Shown here one piece after another: positions 7,602 through 17,867 of a stretch of 32,000 bases of DNA. The translations under genes were made by a program, and so were the position numbers. Every line of letters begins with the position of its first letter. Position 1 is the first letter of the stretch. The DNA comes from Desulfotalea psychrophila LSv54 (GTDB taxonomy: Bacteria > Desulfobacterota > Desulfobulbia > Desulfobulbales > Desulfocapsaceae): the NCBI RefSeq assembly GCF_000025945.1, contig NC_006138.1, positions 2,070,001-2,102,000 of the forward strand, read 5' to 3'. Under the pieces are notes generated by a model. It saw only the letters and a program-made list of their open reading frames with translations. It did no database searches and had not been told where the DNA came from.

Positions 7602-9969
7602 TCCTTCTGCTCCCCAGAGTAAAGAGATATGGACTCACCACCAGGGCAACGGGCCAGCCAATGCCAATGCCCACCAGTACCGTTATCCCTAAGGAGTGGA
7701 GGGCGGGATGGGAGGAAAAGGCCAGTACCCCAAAACCGATCAGGGAGCTGGCCGCACAGATTGAAATGGCCTTTTCCGTGCCCTGCAGACTCTGCTTCAG
7801 GCGGGAACAGACGGCAAAGATACCGTAGTCGACGGCTAGACCAATGACCATTATGCCCATAATCAGATGCATCATATTAAGCGTGTAGCCCATAATCCAG
7901 CAAAAGACAAGCATCCCGGCCAGGGCGGCCAGAACCGGGGCCAAAACGGCGATGATTGCCGCTACATTCCTGAATTGAATTGAGACCAGAGCCAGGACAA
8001 AGATGCCTGCCAGGCCCGAGAGAAAGAGAATGTTCTTTTTCAGCAGGCCTTCTACCTCTGCCTTCCACTGCTCACCTGCCAGGAGATGTATTTCGGGATT
8101 TTGTTCAGTAAAGAGGAGGAGTGCAGGCAATTTTTCTCTGTCACCGGAGATGCTTGTCAGCACCATGGCCCGCCTCTCTCCTTGTTGGGAGAGGGATGAA
8201 CGAATCATAAGGCCCAGCATAGGGTCTAGGGGAGAGCTCTGTAGGTGTTCAATCTTAAGGGGTCCTGTGGGGTTCTCTAACCAGTGAAAAAATGGAAAAA
8301 AGGCCTCGGGGGCAAAACCCTGCCCTGCGGCTACCCTCTTAAAGAGAGGAGAGAACTTTAGCCTCTCTTCCGACCAAAAGCCCTGCCATCTCTGTCTATT
8401 CTCCTTCTGTCTGTGCAGGCTTGGCAGTATCGGTGCCAGACTCTGTATCTGCTTAAAGCCAGACTCCTCCAAAAAATAAAAGAGTCTGTCGTTCTTTTCC
8501 AGAGCTGTCTGTATCTTATCACCAAGGCTGACCACAAATACCTTCTCCTGGGGTTTGCCCCAGGCCTCAGCAAAATAGGCCTCATCTGCCAGGACAGCAA
8601 GGCCCGGTGCATCCAGTGACTTCAGATCGCCGTTATAGCGAATTTGCGGCCAGGCAAAGACTCCTAGGCAGAGCAGGGCAAGCCAGAGGAGGCTACAGCC
8701 TTTACGCAGCCCCATAAAGCGAAGGGGACTTGGCTCTTCTCCTCTGCTCTCTTCCAGTATATTTGCTTTGGTGCAGGTGGTGGGGATTAGCAACCAGGCA
8801 AAACAAATTCCGAAGAGCAGACCGGTAAAGGCCAGACAGGCCATCTGTCTATGAGCCGGGACATTGGAGAAGAAGAGGACAAAGAAGACGGCGAGGGTGG
8901 TCAGGCTGGCAAAGAGAATGGGGCGGCGCATCTCGGCCAGGATAGTACGACGATCTTTGCCATTGCTATGGAGGGCAATAAAGAGATGGATAGAAAAGTC
9001 CACGGCAATGCCCAATAGGACAATGCCGAAACCCAGGGCCAGTCCACTGATACCTTTAAAAATAGAGGAGGTGATGGCAATGGCCGGCAGGCTGGCCAGC
9101 AGGGGGACGGCGAAGACTACTATGGCCTTGATATTTTTCAGAGAAAACGCCAGGAGGAGAAAGAGGAGAAGGGTGGCCATGGGCAAGAGGGTCTGTAGAT
9201 CATGCTTAATCGCCTGGCTGTTGGCCAGGGTATGAGGCAGGGTGCCTATGACCCGGGGGATGATTCCCGGGAGGAGGGCCTGTTCATATATCTTTTTGAG
9301 GGCCTGTTCTATCTCTTTGGCGTTATTGGAATCAGTTAGGCCCAGACGACTTTCGGCAAAGACCAGTATATTCCTGCCGTCCTTACTCAACAAAAAACCA
9401 TTTTTAAGAGAGATGGTGGAGCCATCCCGTAAAAAGCTTAGCTTGGCGGTGAGTAGTGAGCTGAAGTCCAAGGGATCAATCTGTAGCTGTCTCTTCAGGG
9501 CAATTCCTGCCAGGCTGTTGAGCAGAGAGAACGTTTCAGCCATTCTCTCGGTCAGGGCCTCTTCCGACAGCCGTTCTCTGATCTTTACCATATCCGTCTG
9601 TCGACTCAGTACCGGCAGATAGGAGAAAAAATCCGGCCCCATAGGGGTGGCCTGTTTTGAAAAGCGGGCAAAGACATGGGAGAAGCGCCTGTCTTTTTCA
9701 AGCATCGTTTCAAGGGCAGTGGCACTTTTTTCTAATGCCCTCTGGGCGGCAATCGGGTCAGGATAGCTCTTTTCCTGAGCGCTGAGGGTGATGACCAGAC
9801 GATCCACCAGGCCAATCTCTTGCAGGAGTTGCAGGTCACTGCGCACCCTGCCGTCGGGGAGTAAATCCAGAGCATTGTCCTTCATGGAGAGGCCCAGAGA
9901 AAAATAGCCAGCCACCAGGACAAGGAGAAGGACCAGAAGCCAGCGAAGGAGTCGCTCTTTTCTACTCAT
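7594..9969 (-). CDS. MMPL/RND-family exporter
   Basis: About 790 aa with two repeated TM blocks (ALGFGIVLLGIAVDFSIHLFIAL; LIMGIMVIGLAVDYGIFAV). MSRKERLLRW start at 9969 preferred over 9996. Confidence 0.9.
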   Translation of the reverse strand: MSRKERLLRWLLVLLLVLVAGYFSLGLSMKDNALDLLPDGRVRSDLQLLQEIGLVDRLVITLSAQEKSYPDPIAAQRALEKSATALETMLEKDRRFSHVFARFSKQATPMGPDFFSYLPVLSRQTDMVKIRERLSEEALTERMAETFSLLNSLAGIALKRQLQIDPLDFSSLLTAKLSFLRDGSTISLKNGFLLSKDGRNILVFAESRLGLTDSNNAKEIEQALKKIYEQALLPGIIPRVIGTLPHTLANSQAIKHDLQTLLPMATLLLFLLLAFSLKNIKAIVVFAVPLLASLPAIAITSSIFKGISGLALGFGIVLLGIAVDFSIHLFIALHSNGKDRRTILAEMRRPILFASLTTLAVFFVLFFSNVPAHRQMACLAFTGLLFGICFAWLLIPTTCTKANILEESRGEEPSPLRFMGLRKGCSLLWLALLCLGVFAWPQIRYNGDLKSLDAPGLAVLADEAYFAEAWGKPQEKVFVVSLGDKIQTALEKNDRLFYFLEESGFKQIQSLAPILPSLHRQKENRQRWQGFWSEERLKFSPLFKRVAAGQGFAPEAFFPFFHWLENPTGPLKIEHLQSSPLDPMLGLMIRSSLSQQGERRAMVLTSISGDREKLPALLLFTEQNPEIHLLAGEQWKAEVEGLLKKNILFLSGLAGIFVLALVSIQFRNVAAIIAVLAPVLAALAGMLVFCWIMGYTLNMMHLIMGIMVIGLAVDYGIFAVCSRLKQSLQGTEKAISICAASSLIGFGVLAFSSHPALHSLGITVLVGIGIGWPVALVVSPYLFTLGSRRND

Positions 9970-10606
9970 TGATATCACAGCGGGAAAAGAGATCATCTGC
10001 CAGCGGAATGTTCAGCTGAGGGTTTTTGAAGAAAATGCGGGTAAAGTCACCTCCTCTTTCAACGATCTTAACCTGTTCTGGCTGTAGGCTCTTCTCGTTA
10101 AAGCGAATGGTTACCCGGGATAGAATTTTTGAGATCGCTCCCTCTTTATCAAAGTGGATGACAAGACTTGCCGGTTCCATCTTGCTCAGTCTATAGAGCT
10201 TGGATAGTTTCAGATAATCACCGCCCAACCAGTTCCAGAGCTGTTCCGCCACCACCCGCATCACTGGGTCGGAGGAGAGGAGAAAGGGGGTGGCTTCACC
10301 TTCGCTGTCACAGCGCATGCCCTGTTCACCGTTGAAAATCAGGGCCGAGGGGAGGGGGGAGGTGAACTGCCAACGTAATTTGTCCGGGCGAATGAGGCTC
10401 AGATGGCCGCGAAAGATCACCGGCTTGTTCAGCATGGCTAGGTGTTTCTCTTGGATAAAGTCCGTGGAGAAGGCCTCTGCCTGCCGTGATGTCTGCTGAA
10501 TCTTGTGCAAAAAGGTGTTGAGCTCTTCCTCTTCGCTGGCAAGGGCCATGGATGCGACAAGGCAGAAAAAGAGGGTAAGGATAATTTTTTTTAGCATTTT
10601 TTCCAC
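9962..10606 (-). CDS. LolA-like outer membrane lipoprotein carrier
   Basis: Signal peptide; TDFIQEKHLAMLNKPVIFRGHLSLIRPDKLRWQFTSPLPSALIFNG typical of LolA-related proteins. Confidence 0.85.
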   Translation of the reverse strand: MEKMLKKIILTLFFCLVASMALASEEEELNTFLHKIQQTSRQAEAFSTDFIQEKHLAMLNKPVIFRGHLSLIRPDKLRWQFTSPLPSALIFNGEQGMRCDSEGEATPFLLSSDPVMRVVAEQLWNWLGGDYLKLSKLYRLSKMEPASLVIHFDKEGAISKILSRVTIRFNEKSLQPEQVKIVERGGDFTRIFFKNPQLNIPLADDLFSRCDINE

Positions 10607-10717
10607 GTGGTGAGGCTGACGGAATCATCCTTCTTCAGGACTTGTTAACTTTACAAGATTCTGGGAGCTTGAAAAACAGGCAATTTCGATAAGACAGAGA
10701 TTTAAAGAAAGGCTCCA

Positions 10718-11167
10718 TCAAGGTTTTTTCAGGTCTTCCCAGACCTTAAGGTTGCCTGTAGCCAGGAGATCCTCATTAGAAAATACCTCTCCTTTGAGGA
10801 AGCTGATTGCGCCAAATTCAAAGGTCTTCTCCACCACCACCCGTAATCTTTCGCCACCGTGGCCATTTTTGTTGAGGGAGAAATCCTCTAAACCCACCAA
10901 CATGCCATCATGCAGGGGCTTACCTGCTGAAAGTGCTATAAAACCATTCTGCAGGGCTGCTGCTTGGGCGATGAGCTCCACAAAAAATTCAGGAAGGAAC
11001 TGGTCCCCTGCAAAAAAAATACCCTTCTCCGGTAGACGGGCCAGAACAACAGCCCTCTCGGAGTTACACTCCTGCAGAGAATCCACCAGAAGCATCGGCG
11101 CCCGGTGTGGTAGGAGCAGGCCTGCCGGCATGGGTAATTCAAACTCTTCTTTCACTGTATTTTCCAT
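10718..11167 (-). CDS. Hot-dog dehydratase (ApeP-like)
   Basis: LLPHRAPMLLVDSL...ELIAQAAALQNGF. Start at 11167 (MENTVKEE) or 11203. Confidence 0.78.
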   Translation of the reverse strand: MENTVKEEFELPMPAGLLLPHRAPMLLVDSLQECNSERAVVLARLPEKGIFFAGDQFLPEFFVELIAQAAALQNGFIALSAGKPLHDGMLVGLEDFSLNKNGHGGERLRVVVEKTFEFGAISFLKGEVFSNEDLLATGNLKVWEDLKKP

Positions 11168-11183
11168 GGTTTCCTCACCAAAA

Positions 11184-11918
11184 CTACATATGCATTCCAC
11201 CATTTACGCTAAAGACCTGACCGGTTATATAGCTGGCATCATCACTGAGGAGAAAGCGAACAACTCCCGCCACCTCTTTTTTGGTGCCCACCCGACCCAG
11301 AGGGATAAGGGGTAACATCTTATCCAAGGGCAGTCCTTCGATCATCTCTGTCTCTATTAAACCGGGAGAGACCACGTTTACCAGGATATTCCTCTTGGCA
11401 AGTTCTCTTGCCAGGGCCTTGGATGCGCCGATAAGACCTGCCTTGGCCGCCGAGTAGTTTACCTGTCCTGCCTGACCAATTTCTCCTGAGAGGGAGGCTA
11501 TGCTTATGATCCGTCCCCTTCTCTTAGAGAGCATATGACGGGAAAAAATCCGACCGAGGATATAGAAGCTGTTGAGGTGGACATCGATGACTGCGTCCCA
11601 CTCCTGCCTCTGCATCATAGGTAGGAGGGTATCTCTTGTAATGCCGGCATTATGGATCATGGCAAAGGGTACAGTCTCAGCCAATAGGGGTTCCAGAATT
11701 TTCGCAGTTGCCGCCTCGTCGGTGACGTCAAAAGCCAGGAGGAGGCATTCTCGTCCAAGTTCCTCTATCTCCTTTTTAACGGTCTGAGCCTGTTCTGTAG
11801 AACTTCTGTAGTTGAGCCAGATATCATAGCCTGCCGCTGCCAGATGGACGGCAATGGCTGCCCCGATACCCCGACTTGCCCCACTTATGAAAACAATCTT
11901 TTTCTCACTCTCTGCCAT
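11184..11918 (-). CDS. fabG: 3-oxoacyl-ACP reductase (SDR family)
   Basis: FISGASRGIGAAIA, HNAGI, YSAAKAG. Confidence 0.93.
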   Translation of the reverse strand: MAESEKKIVFISGASRGIGAAIAVHLAAAGYDIWLNYRSSTEQAQTVKKEIEELGRECLLLAFDVTDEAATAKILEPLLAETVPFAMIHNAGITRDTLLPMMQRQEWDAVIDVHLNSFYILGRIFSRHMLSKRRGRIISIASLSGEIGQAGQVNYSAAKAGLIGASKALARELAKRNILVNVVSPGLIETEMIEGLPLDKMLPLIPLGRVGTKKEVAGVVRFLLSDDASYITGQVFSVNGGMHM

Positions 11919-11976
11919 ATCTTACCTCTCATTTTAGGGCCAGCTAGAAATCTACCCGGCATAACATTCCATTTAT

Positions 11977-12756
11977 TTAGGATAGTCTTATATCTAAATG
12001 TACCGATCCATAGACAGATTCCAGGGTACAGTGCAGGTGCTCCTCTCTCCTTTGAAGTCTTTCGGAGAGGAGGTAGGCGCTGGTCAGTGGATCACTGTGT
12101 CTGAAGAGCTCCTCATTGATCAGGGCCTCTTCCTTGTCCAGCAGATGGTTGACGTCTGACCTGTTCCTGCCCTCTATACTTAACCTATCTATTTTAAATT
12201 GATTGTCAGCTGTACTCTTCTCACTGCTTAAAAGCCAACAGACAGCACCTGCCTGCCAGTTGTCTTCCTCTGCATAATTTTTTTGTCGGACATCCTCTAA
12301 GAGTTGGCTATAGGTCTCCACCTGCAGGACCAGACAGGAGCTGAGCAGGCCACTCTCTATTGCCATCATGGCCTGTTCCAGGGCCCTGAAAAAGGGAAAT
12401 TCAAAGTCCGTGTAGCTCATGGCACATCCCTGAATATTAAAGGTATTTGCCATATAGCCCACCGCCGAGTTGGCAACGGAATGAGAAAATAGGGTGGGGG
12501 AGAGGGGATTTCTATGGGCCACCTCCCTGAGCACAGAAAAATTGGTATCCATGGGGCCGGCAAAGGTGCTGAGAAACAGCCCCTGTGAGATATCTCCTCT
12601 TGCGTCGGGAGAGATATTTCTGCCAAGGACCTCATGGGCTGCCACCGTGCCTAAACGGATGAAATCGTCGGCCCTGCGCAGATGTTTGGCCATGTCTACG
12701 GGGATTTCAAGCTCGGTCAGGAGACCGGCATAAACTTGAGAAATATAGACAGTCAT
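11977..12756 (-). CDS. Short ketosynthase-like protein lacking the catalytic Cys (possible chain-length-factor-like partner)
   Basis: 259 aa; aligns by eye to the KS N-terminal half (SPTLFSHSVANSAVGYMANTFNIQG..) but the nucleophile region reads CAMSYTDFEFPFF and no C-terminal KS half is present. Confidence 0.75.
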   Translation of the reverse strand: MTVYISQVYAGLLTELEIPVDMAKHLRRADDFIRLGTVAAHEVLGRNISPDARGDISQGLFLSTFAGPMDTNFSVLREVAHRNPLSPTLFSHSVANSAVGYMANTFNIQGCAMSYTDFEFPFFRALEQAMMAIESGLLSSCLVLQVETYSQLLEDVRQKNYAEEDNWQAGAVCWLLSSEKSTADNQFKIDRLSIEGRNRSDVNHLLDKEEALINEELFRHSDPLTSAYLLSERLQRREEHLHCTLESVYGSVHLDIRLS

Positions 12757-13961
12757 ATCCTTCCTCCCTCCAGAATAAGGACGCTGTTAGAACCACCAAA
12801 GGCCAGCGATTGACTCATGCCAATCCTGCCCAGCAGAGCCCTCTCCTCTCCCTCGGGGATGATGGGAAAGGCGAATAGAGGATCGGGACTGTGACAGCCC
12901 ACCGTCCCTGGAAGATGGCCTTCATTTAAGGACATAAGGGTGAAGACGGCTTCCACGCCACCTGCTGCGCCCAGGGTATGTCCGGTAATGCCCTTGGTGG
13001 AAACCATGGGTAGGGAGGGGCTAAATCCTGCCTGGTAAATAGCCTGGGTCTCGGCCTGGTCGTTTACTGCAGTGCCTGTGCCATGAGCATTTATCATGGA
13101 GATATTGTTTAGATCAAGCCGGGCATTTTTTAGGGCAGAGGCGATGGCCAGTTGTAGACCTCTCCCCTGCGGATGGGGGGCCGTTGGATGGTAGGCGTCC
13201 CCAGCAACCCCATAGCCCCTGACAAAACCTAAGGGGGCTTTTTTGCCGGCGGAATAAGGCTCCATGACAAAGATTCCTGCCCCTTCCCCGAGGTTAAGCC
13301 CCTGCCTCTCTGCATCAAAGGGTTGACAGCTCGTCTCGCTGATAAGGCGCAGGCTCTTAAAACCATTACAGGCAATTCGGGAGAGGGCATCGGCGCCACC
13401 GGCAATGGCAATATCACAGAGCCCCTGCTCCAGCCAAATTTTTGCCATGCCAATGGCATCTGTTCCGGAGGCACAGGCATTGGTGATGACGATTCTGGGG
13501 CCATGTATTCCTAAAAAACGTTGGATATAGGCGGCGAGATTGTTGTCAAGGTGTTGATGGATGGGCCCCGGTTCGGGATTTTTCCCCTCTTCCCATGTCC
13601 TGTAATAGGATTCATCGTCAAAGGTGCTGCCAACGGTGGTGCCCAAGGCCAGGCCGACACGTTTTCCCTGTAGCTCTTCCAGGGAGAGGCCAGCCTGGGC
13701 CAAGGCCTCGTCGATGGCCTGTAGGGCCAGAGAGATTGTCCGGTTATGTGGTTTCTCTCTCTTGCTGTTGAGTACCTGGTAGCTGGTCTCTCCTTCATCG
13801 ACATAGAAACAGGGGGCAGGGAAAAAGGTGGGCAGAGTCTTATTGTTCACCCGTCCTAGCAGTAGGCTCTGCCAGGCAGATTGACAGCTTCGGCCGGCAG
13901 CTGTTACACAGCCATAGCCCCTTACACTGATCTTTGCTAAAGAGTTGTTAGACATGTCCAT
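12753..13961 (-). CDS. Beta-ketoacyl-ACP synthase (KS-2)
   Basis: TNACASGTDA, INAHGTGT, TKGITGHTLGAAGG. Confidence 0.93.
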   Translation of the reverse strand: MDMSNNSLAKISVRGYGCVTAAGRSCQSAWQSLLLGRVNNKTLPTFFPAPCFYVDEGETSYQVLNSKREKPHNRTISLALQAIDEALAQAGLSLEELQGKRVGLALGTTVGSTFDDESYYRTWEEGKNPEPGPIHQHLDNNLAAYIQRFLGIHGPRIVITNACASGTDAIGMAKIWLEQGLCDIAIAGGADALSRIACNGFKSLRLISETSCQPFDAERQGLNLGEGAGIFVMEPYSAGKKAPLGFVRGYGVAGDAYHPTAPHPQGRGLQLAIASALKNARLDLNNISMINAHGTGTAVNDQAETQAIYQAGFSPSLPMVSTKGITGHTLGAAGGVEAVFTLMSLNEGHLPGTVGCHSPDPLFAFPIIPEGEERALLGRIGMSQSLAFGGSNSVLILEGGRI

Positions 13962-14020
13962 ATTTCCTTTTCTAAACGTTCCAGGCCCTTGCCGGTTTCA
14001 GGGAGTTTTTAGGTGAAAAA

Positions 14021-14275
14021 CTACTCCATCCTCTCGGCAATAAACTTTGCCAGGGCATTGATCGATTCAAAGACTGTTTTTCCCTCTTCCATATCGGCAA
14101 TGGTTACGCCGAAACGTTTTTCCACTAAAAATGCCAATTCAACAGCATCGAGGGAATCAAGGCCGAGACCTTCACCAAAGAGCTGTCCATCATCGTCAAT
14201 ATCCTCTTTGACAATGCCTTGGATTTTCAGGTCATCTACCAGGATCTCTTTCAGCTGCTGTTTTATTTTCTCCAT
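14021..14275 (-). CDS. Acyl carrier protein (ACP-2)
   Basis: GLGLDSLDAVELAFLVE; MEKIKQQL start with upstream GGAAGAGAG favoured over the TTG at 14293. Confidence 0.92.
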   Translation of the reverse strand: MEKIKQQLKEILVDDLKIQGIVKEDIDDDGQLFGEGLGLDSLDAVELAFLVEKRFGVTIADMEEGKTVFESINALAKFIAERME

Positions 14276-14294
14276 CTCTCTTCCAAGGTCCAAT

Positions 14295-14307
14295 AGCCCG
14301 GTGGGCT
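14295..14307. other. Short inverted repeat AGCCC-GGT-GGGCT upstream of ACP-2
   Basis: Direct reading of the LPLAT-ACP intergenic segment. Confidence 0.5.
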
Positions 14308-14325
14308 TCTAATATGAAAACTGCA

Positions 14326-14351
14326 CAATAGCAAATTGCCCCCTGCTATTG
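14326..14351. other. Intercistronic stem-loop CAATAGCA-N10-TGCTATTG spanning the LPLAT stop codon
   Basis: 8-bp perfect inverted repeat between the acyltransferase and ACP-2 genes. Confidence 0.6.
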
Positions 14352-15239
14352 CTCCCAAAAATTATAAAAATTATACCACTGATAGGGGTATTCCTGCAGG
14401 TAGGACTCTAGCGCTGCCAGGTATCTTTCTGCGCACTCTTGTAACATATCTGCGCGACTATCTCGACCCTTATACTGTGGATAAAAACAATCCCATGCCC
14501 GGACTTGAAAATGTTTTCCCCCTCTGTTTGCTGCCAGTAACACCACCACCGGGGCCGCGGCCGTGGCGGCTAGCATATAGGCGGAGGTTGATATGCGTAC
14601 AGGGCTATTATAGAAGTTTGCCGTAACCGAGTGACCACCGATATAGCGGTCTCCCATTATCACCACCAGATCGCCCGCCCTCAGGGCTGCAGCTGCCGCC
14701 AGCATCCCTCCGAAGGGGCCGTTCACATTTATAATCTCAAAGGGTTTTTTTCCTGAGCGTAGTTCAAAATAGTGTTTTGTCACGGCATGGGCATCATAGT
14801 CCATAAGGACATGGACCTTGGCACCCAGACAATTCAGCCGTGAGAGTGTTGCCTGCCAATTACCCACATGGGCCATAAGCAGTACAGCTCCCTTGCCAGC
14901 CTTAACCGCATCTTCCAGTATTGTCTGGTCAACGACATCCTCTTGCAGGGCTGCTCCCTTACAGATACCAAGCCAGGCCCGATCAACCAGGACAGTGCCA
15001 AAGGAAAATACAACTCTGTAGGCGGCCCAAAATAATTTCCAGTGGCCCATCTGTGGAAAACGCCTCTGCAGATAGGGGGCGAGGGTGCGATGGATTTTTC
15101 GACTACAGATCATATAGAAGAGGATTACCGGCCCCAGGAGGAGTCGTCCTCCCCCCCTACCTCCACAGCGAATGGCAAGATAAAAAAAGCGGTGGCCGAG
15201 TCTTTCCAGCCCTTTGAGAAAACGCCTTGGCCATATCAC
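14346..15239 (-). CDS. LpxL/HtrB-type lysophospholipid acyltransferase
   Basis: GKGAVLLMAHVGNWQA; VIMGDRYIGG; similar to acyltransferases of aryl-polyene clusters. Confidence 0.85.
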   Translation of the reverse strand: MIWPRRFLKGLERLGHRFFYLAIRCGGRGGGRLLLGPVILFYMICSRKIHRTLAPYLQRRFPQMGHWKLFWAAYRVVFSFGTVLVDRAWLGICKGAALQEDVVDQTILEDAVKAGKGAVLLMAHVGNWQATLSRLNCLGAKVHVLMDYDAHAVTKHYFELRSGKKPFEIINVNGPFGGMLAAAAALRAGDLVVIMGDRYIGGHSVTANFYNSPVRISTSAYMLAATAAAPVVVLLAANRGGKHFQVRAWDCFYPQYKGRDSRADMLQECAERYLAALESYLQEYPYQWYNFYNFWEQ

Positions 15240-16420
15240 GGGGTTTCACCTTTTTGGGAGCGGAGGAGGATAAATTTACGGGAAGAGAAATATACCAGGG
15301 ACGCGCCGACAAGCCCCAGTACGGGGCCTACAACCAGGGAACCTAGTAACCACTCCCAGACTCGTTCCGGTATTTCCAGCAACCATCTCTGCCAGGAGAG
15401 ATCGTAGATGAACTCTCCATGCAGCATATAATGGCCCAATTCAATACAGAGGGCGGGTATCAGGGGGGGCATACAGAATTGGCTTGCCGCCACCGCCGCC
15501 ACTTTATTGAGGTGAAGTCGGCAACAGAAATATATTATGGCAAGGGTATGACAGGCAATAAGAGGCAGGGCGCCGAGGAAGAGGCCGCTGAATACCGCCA
15601 CCGCCAACCAAAATGGAGAGGAATTCTCCTGACATATTCTCTTTAGGGTGCGCAGAGGATGTTTGGCATCCTCCAGGGGTTCTAGCTTCGCTTTCCCCTC
15701 CACCAACTGTTTATGGGGCAGGGGCAGGAGACGCCTGCAAACAAGGGTCGTGTGCAGTTTTGTCAGTCGCCAGTTGTCCAGTCCCTTTCTAAAGTGGCTT
15801 ACCCTCTCATCTGCCGGGGGGTAGTGGACGGAAACTGGGACATCCCGGACCTCAAGGCCACTCCAGACAGATTTCACCAGTACCTCTATTTCAAAATCAT
15901 AGCAGCAGTGCGGCAGATCAAGGGCCAGGATTTCCTCCACGGGGTAGAGGCGCATGCCGCTCTGGGTATCGGCCAGTTCGCAGCCGCATTCCAGTCGGAC
16001 CCAAAAATTAGAAAATGCCTTGCCGAAATGACTGGAGCGAGGCACGGTATCCTGGATCATCTCGCGAGCGCCAATGATGATAGCCGGCCACGGCCCCCTG
16101 TTTGCCTCGGCCACCAGGAGAGGAATCTCCAGGGGGCTGTGCTGGCCATCGGCATCCACCGTGACAATGGCCTGATAGCCATTTTCCAGAGCATAGCTTG
16201 CACCCGTCTTAATGGCCGCTCCCTTGCCACGGTTTTCGGTCAGTCGCAGAGTTGCACAGCCTTGGCCCTTCAGGCTCTGCAGGCCGCTGTCGGTACTGCC
16301 ATCGTCGACCACCAGTACAGGCAGGCCTGTCTCAAGTGCCCTGGTAGCTACCGCCGCCACGCTTGTGCCGTGGTTATAGAGGGGGATGACTATCAGTATT
16401 TTTGCATTATCGAGTTTCAT
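15236..16420 (-). CDS. Glycosyltransferase family 2 fused to a C-terminal DUF2062 domain
   Basis: VIPLYNHGTSVAAV, VDDGSTD, VDADGQH; C-terminal LAVAVFSGLFLGALPLIACHT typical of DUF2062. Confidence 0.88.
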   Translation of the reverse strand: MKLDNAKILIVIPLYNHGTSVAAVATRALETGLPVLVVDDGSTDSGLQSLKGQGCATLRLTENRGKGAAIKTGASYALENGYQAIVTVDADGQHSPLEIPLLVAEANRGPWPAIIIGAREMIQDTVPRSSHFGKAFSNFWVRLECGCELADTQSGMRLYPVEEILALDLPHCCYDFEIEVLVKSVWSGLEVRDVPVSVHYPPADERVSHFRKGLDNWRLTKLHTTLVCRRLLPLPHKQLVEGKAKLEPLEDAKHPLRTLKRICQENSSPFWLAVAVFSGLFLGALPLIACHTLAIIYFCCRLHLNKVAAVAASQFCMPPLIPALCIELGHYMLHGEFIYDLSWQRWLLEIPERVWEWLLGSLVVGPVLGLVGASLVYFSSRKFILLRSQKGETP

Positions 16421-17790
16421 CTGCGACGGCCCTGTTGCAAAAGGAGATCCCAGGAGGGACCAACAAATCCCATCTTATGGGAAGAGGCAATACGAAGGTT
16501 CATCTTGTGACAGGGGTAGACCCGCGTCATATCTCTTCGAAAGGAGGTGAGGATACTGCTCTCCATTTCTGCCCGGCTCAGCTGGGGCGAGTAGTAGAAT
16601 GTAGGCTCAAGCAGAGACTGATCTCTGGCAATAATACCATCCTCGATGGCCCGCTGATGGATATCTGTGCCTGGCAGGATACGAATGCCAATAAAGGCAA
16701 AGACCACACTTTTTTTAAGGAGCTCTATATTGGCCAGGCCGCGGGCCAGGGTAGAGCTGTTTTCTTCGGGGCCGCCAAACATAATAAAATGGGCGCAGGA
16801 AACATCCTCTGCAGTGATTATCTTGTGGGCCGCCAGAACATCCTTGAAGGAAAAGCCCTTTTTTATACCCGCCAGAGTTTCATCCGTTGCCGCATCGGTG
16901 CCCAGCTCTGCCGCAGCAAGACCGGCCCGCTTCAACAACCTTATCTCACTACGACCAATCCCTTGGGGGCGGAAAAAGGCGCACCAGGGGATGGAAACCT
17001 CCTGGCGAATAAGCTCTTCTGCTATTTCCAGATACCTGTCGTCTGGATCGTTAAAGACACTGTCGGTAAAAAAGATATAGCGGCCCCCAAAGTCCCGGAT
17101 CAGTTTTTTAACCTCTTCCACCACCTGCTCTGGCTGATAGTGGCGAATCTTTTTCCCCTCTATTGTCGGATATGAGCAGTAGCTGCAACCATAGGGGCAA
17201 CCCCGTTTTGTCTGCACATTGAGCATGCCTCCGTGCCGGGTGTAGTACTCGGCGATATGGGGCATAAACCTGCTGCAGGGTATCAGCTCTTCTATGGCGG
17301 AAAATTTGAGGATCTTTTTGCTGGGCGGCTGTTTCTTGCCAATTTCTCCGGCAAGCCAGGTCATGACCTCTTCACCCTCACCGACCACGGCATAGTCCGC
17401 CTCTAACAGATCGAGCAGGAGCTGGGGTATGATGGAGACAGCCGGGCCACCGATGACAATAAATGTCTTTTGCAGACGGCGAATCAGCTTGGCAATGGCG
17501 ACGGCACCGTTGAGATAGTTGTCGGGTGAGGCGCTGTCAACGGTATCGATATTACGAATGGACAGACCTATAAAGTCATATCTTGCCGAGGAGAGCAGGG
17601 GCTCAAGGGCCTGCAAGCCGCCATCGGCAAGCATATCAAAGTGTCTGGTCTGGTGGCCACTGCCCTCAAGGGCACCAATAATGCAGGCCGCCCCAAGGGG
17701 GTAAACGGGATAGGGGACGACCACCTGGTTTACAGAGATAATTAAGCTATTTGAACCGGCAACAGCTGCTAACGTCCTTTCCACAATCAA
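16417..17790 (-). CDS. B12-binding-domain radical SAM protein
   Basis: N-terminal B12-binding-like domain (PLGAACIIGALEGSGHQTRHFD) and radical SAM motif KRGCPYGCSYCSYP. Confidence 0.9.
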   Translation of the reverse strand: MIVERTLAAVAGSNSLIISVNQVVVPYPVYPLGAACIIGALEGSGHQTRHFDMLADGGLQALEPLLSSARYDFIGLSIRNIDTVDSASPDNYLNGAVAIAKLIRRLQKTFIVIGGPAVSIIPQLLLDLLEADYAVVGEGEEVMTWLAGEIGKKQPPSKKILKFSAIEELIPCSRFMPHIAEYYTRHGGMLNVQTKRGCPYGCSYCSYPTIEGKKIRHYQPEQVVEEVKKLIRDFGGRYIFFTDSVFNDPDDRYLEIAEELIRQEVSIPWCAFFRPQGIGRSEIRLLKRAGLAAAELGTDAATDETLAGIKKGFSFKDVLAAHKIITAEDVSCAHFIMFGGPEENSSTLARGLANIELLKKSVVFAFIGIRILPGTDIHQRAIEDGIIARDQSLLEPTFYYSPQLSRAEMESSILTSFRRDMTRVYPCHKMNLRIASSHKMGFVGPSWDLLLQQGRRR

Positions 17791-17867
17791 ACCCCTCTAA
17801 CGAATAAATAAACAGTGGGGTTTCCCCTCAATGATCTTGGCCCAAGGCCACTGGCAGAACTCTTTTT

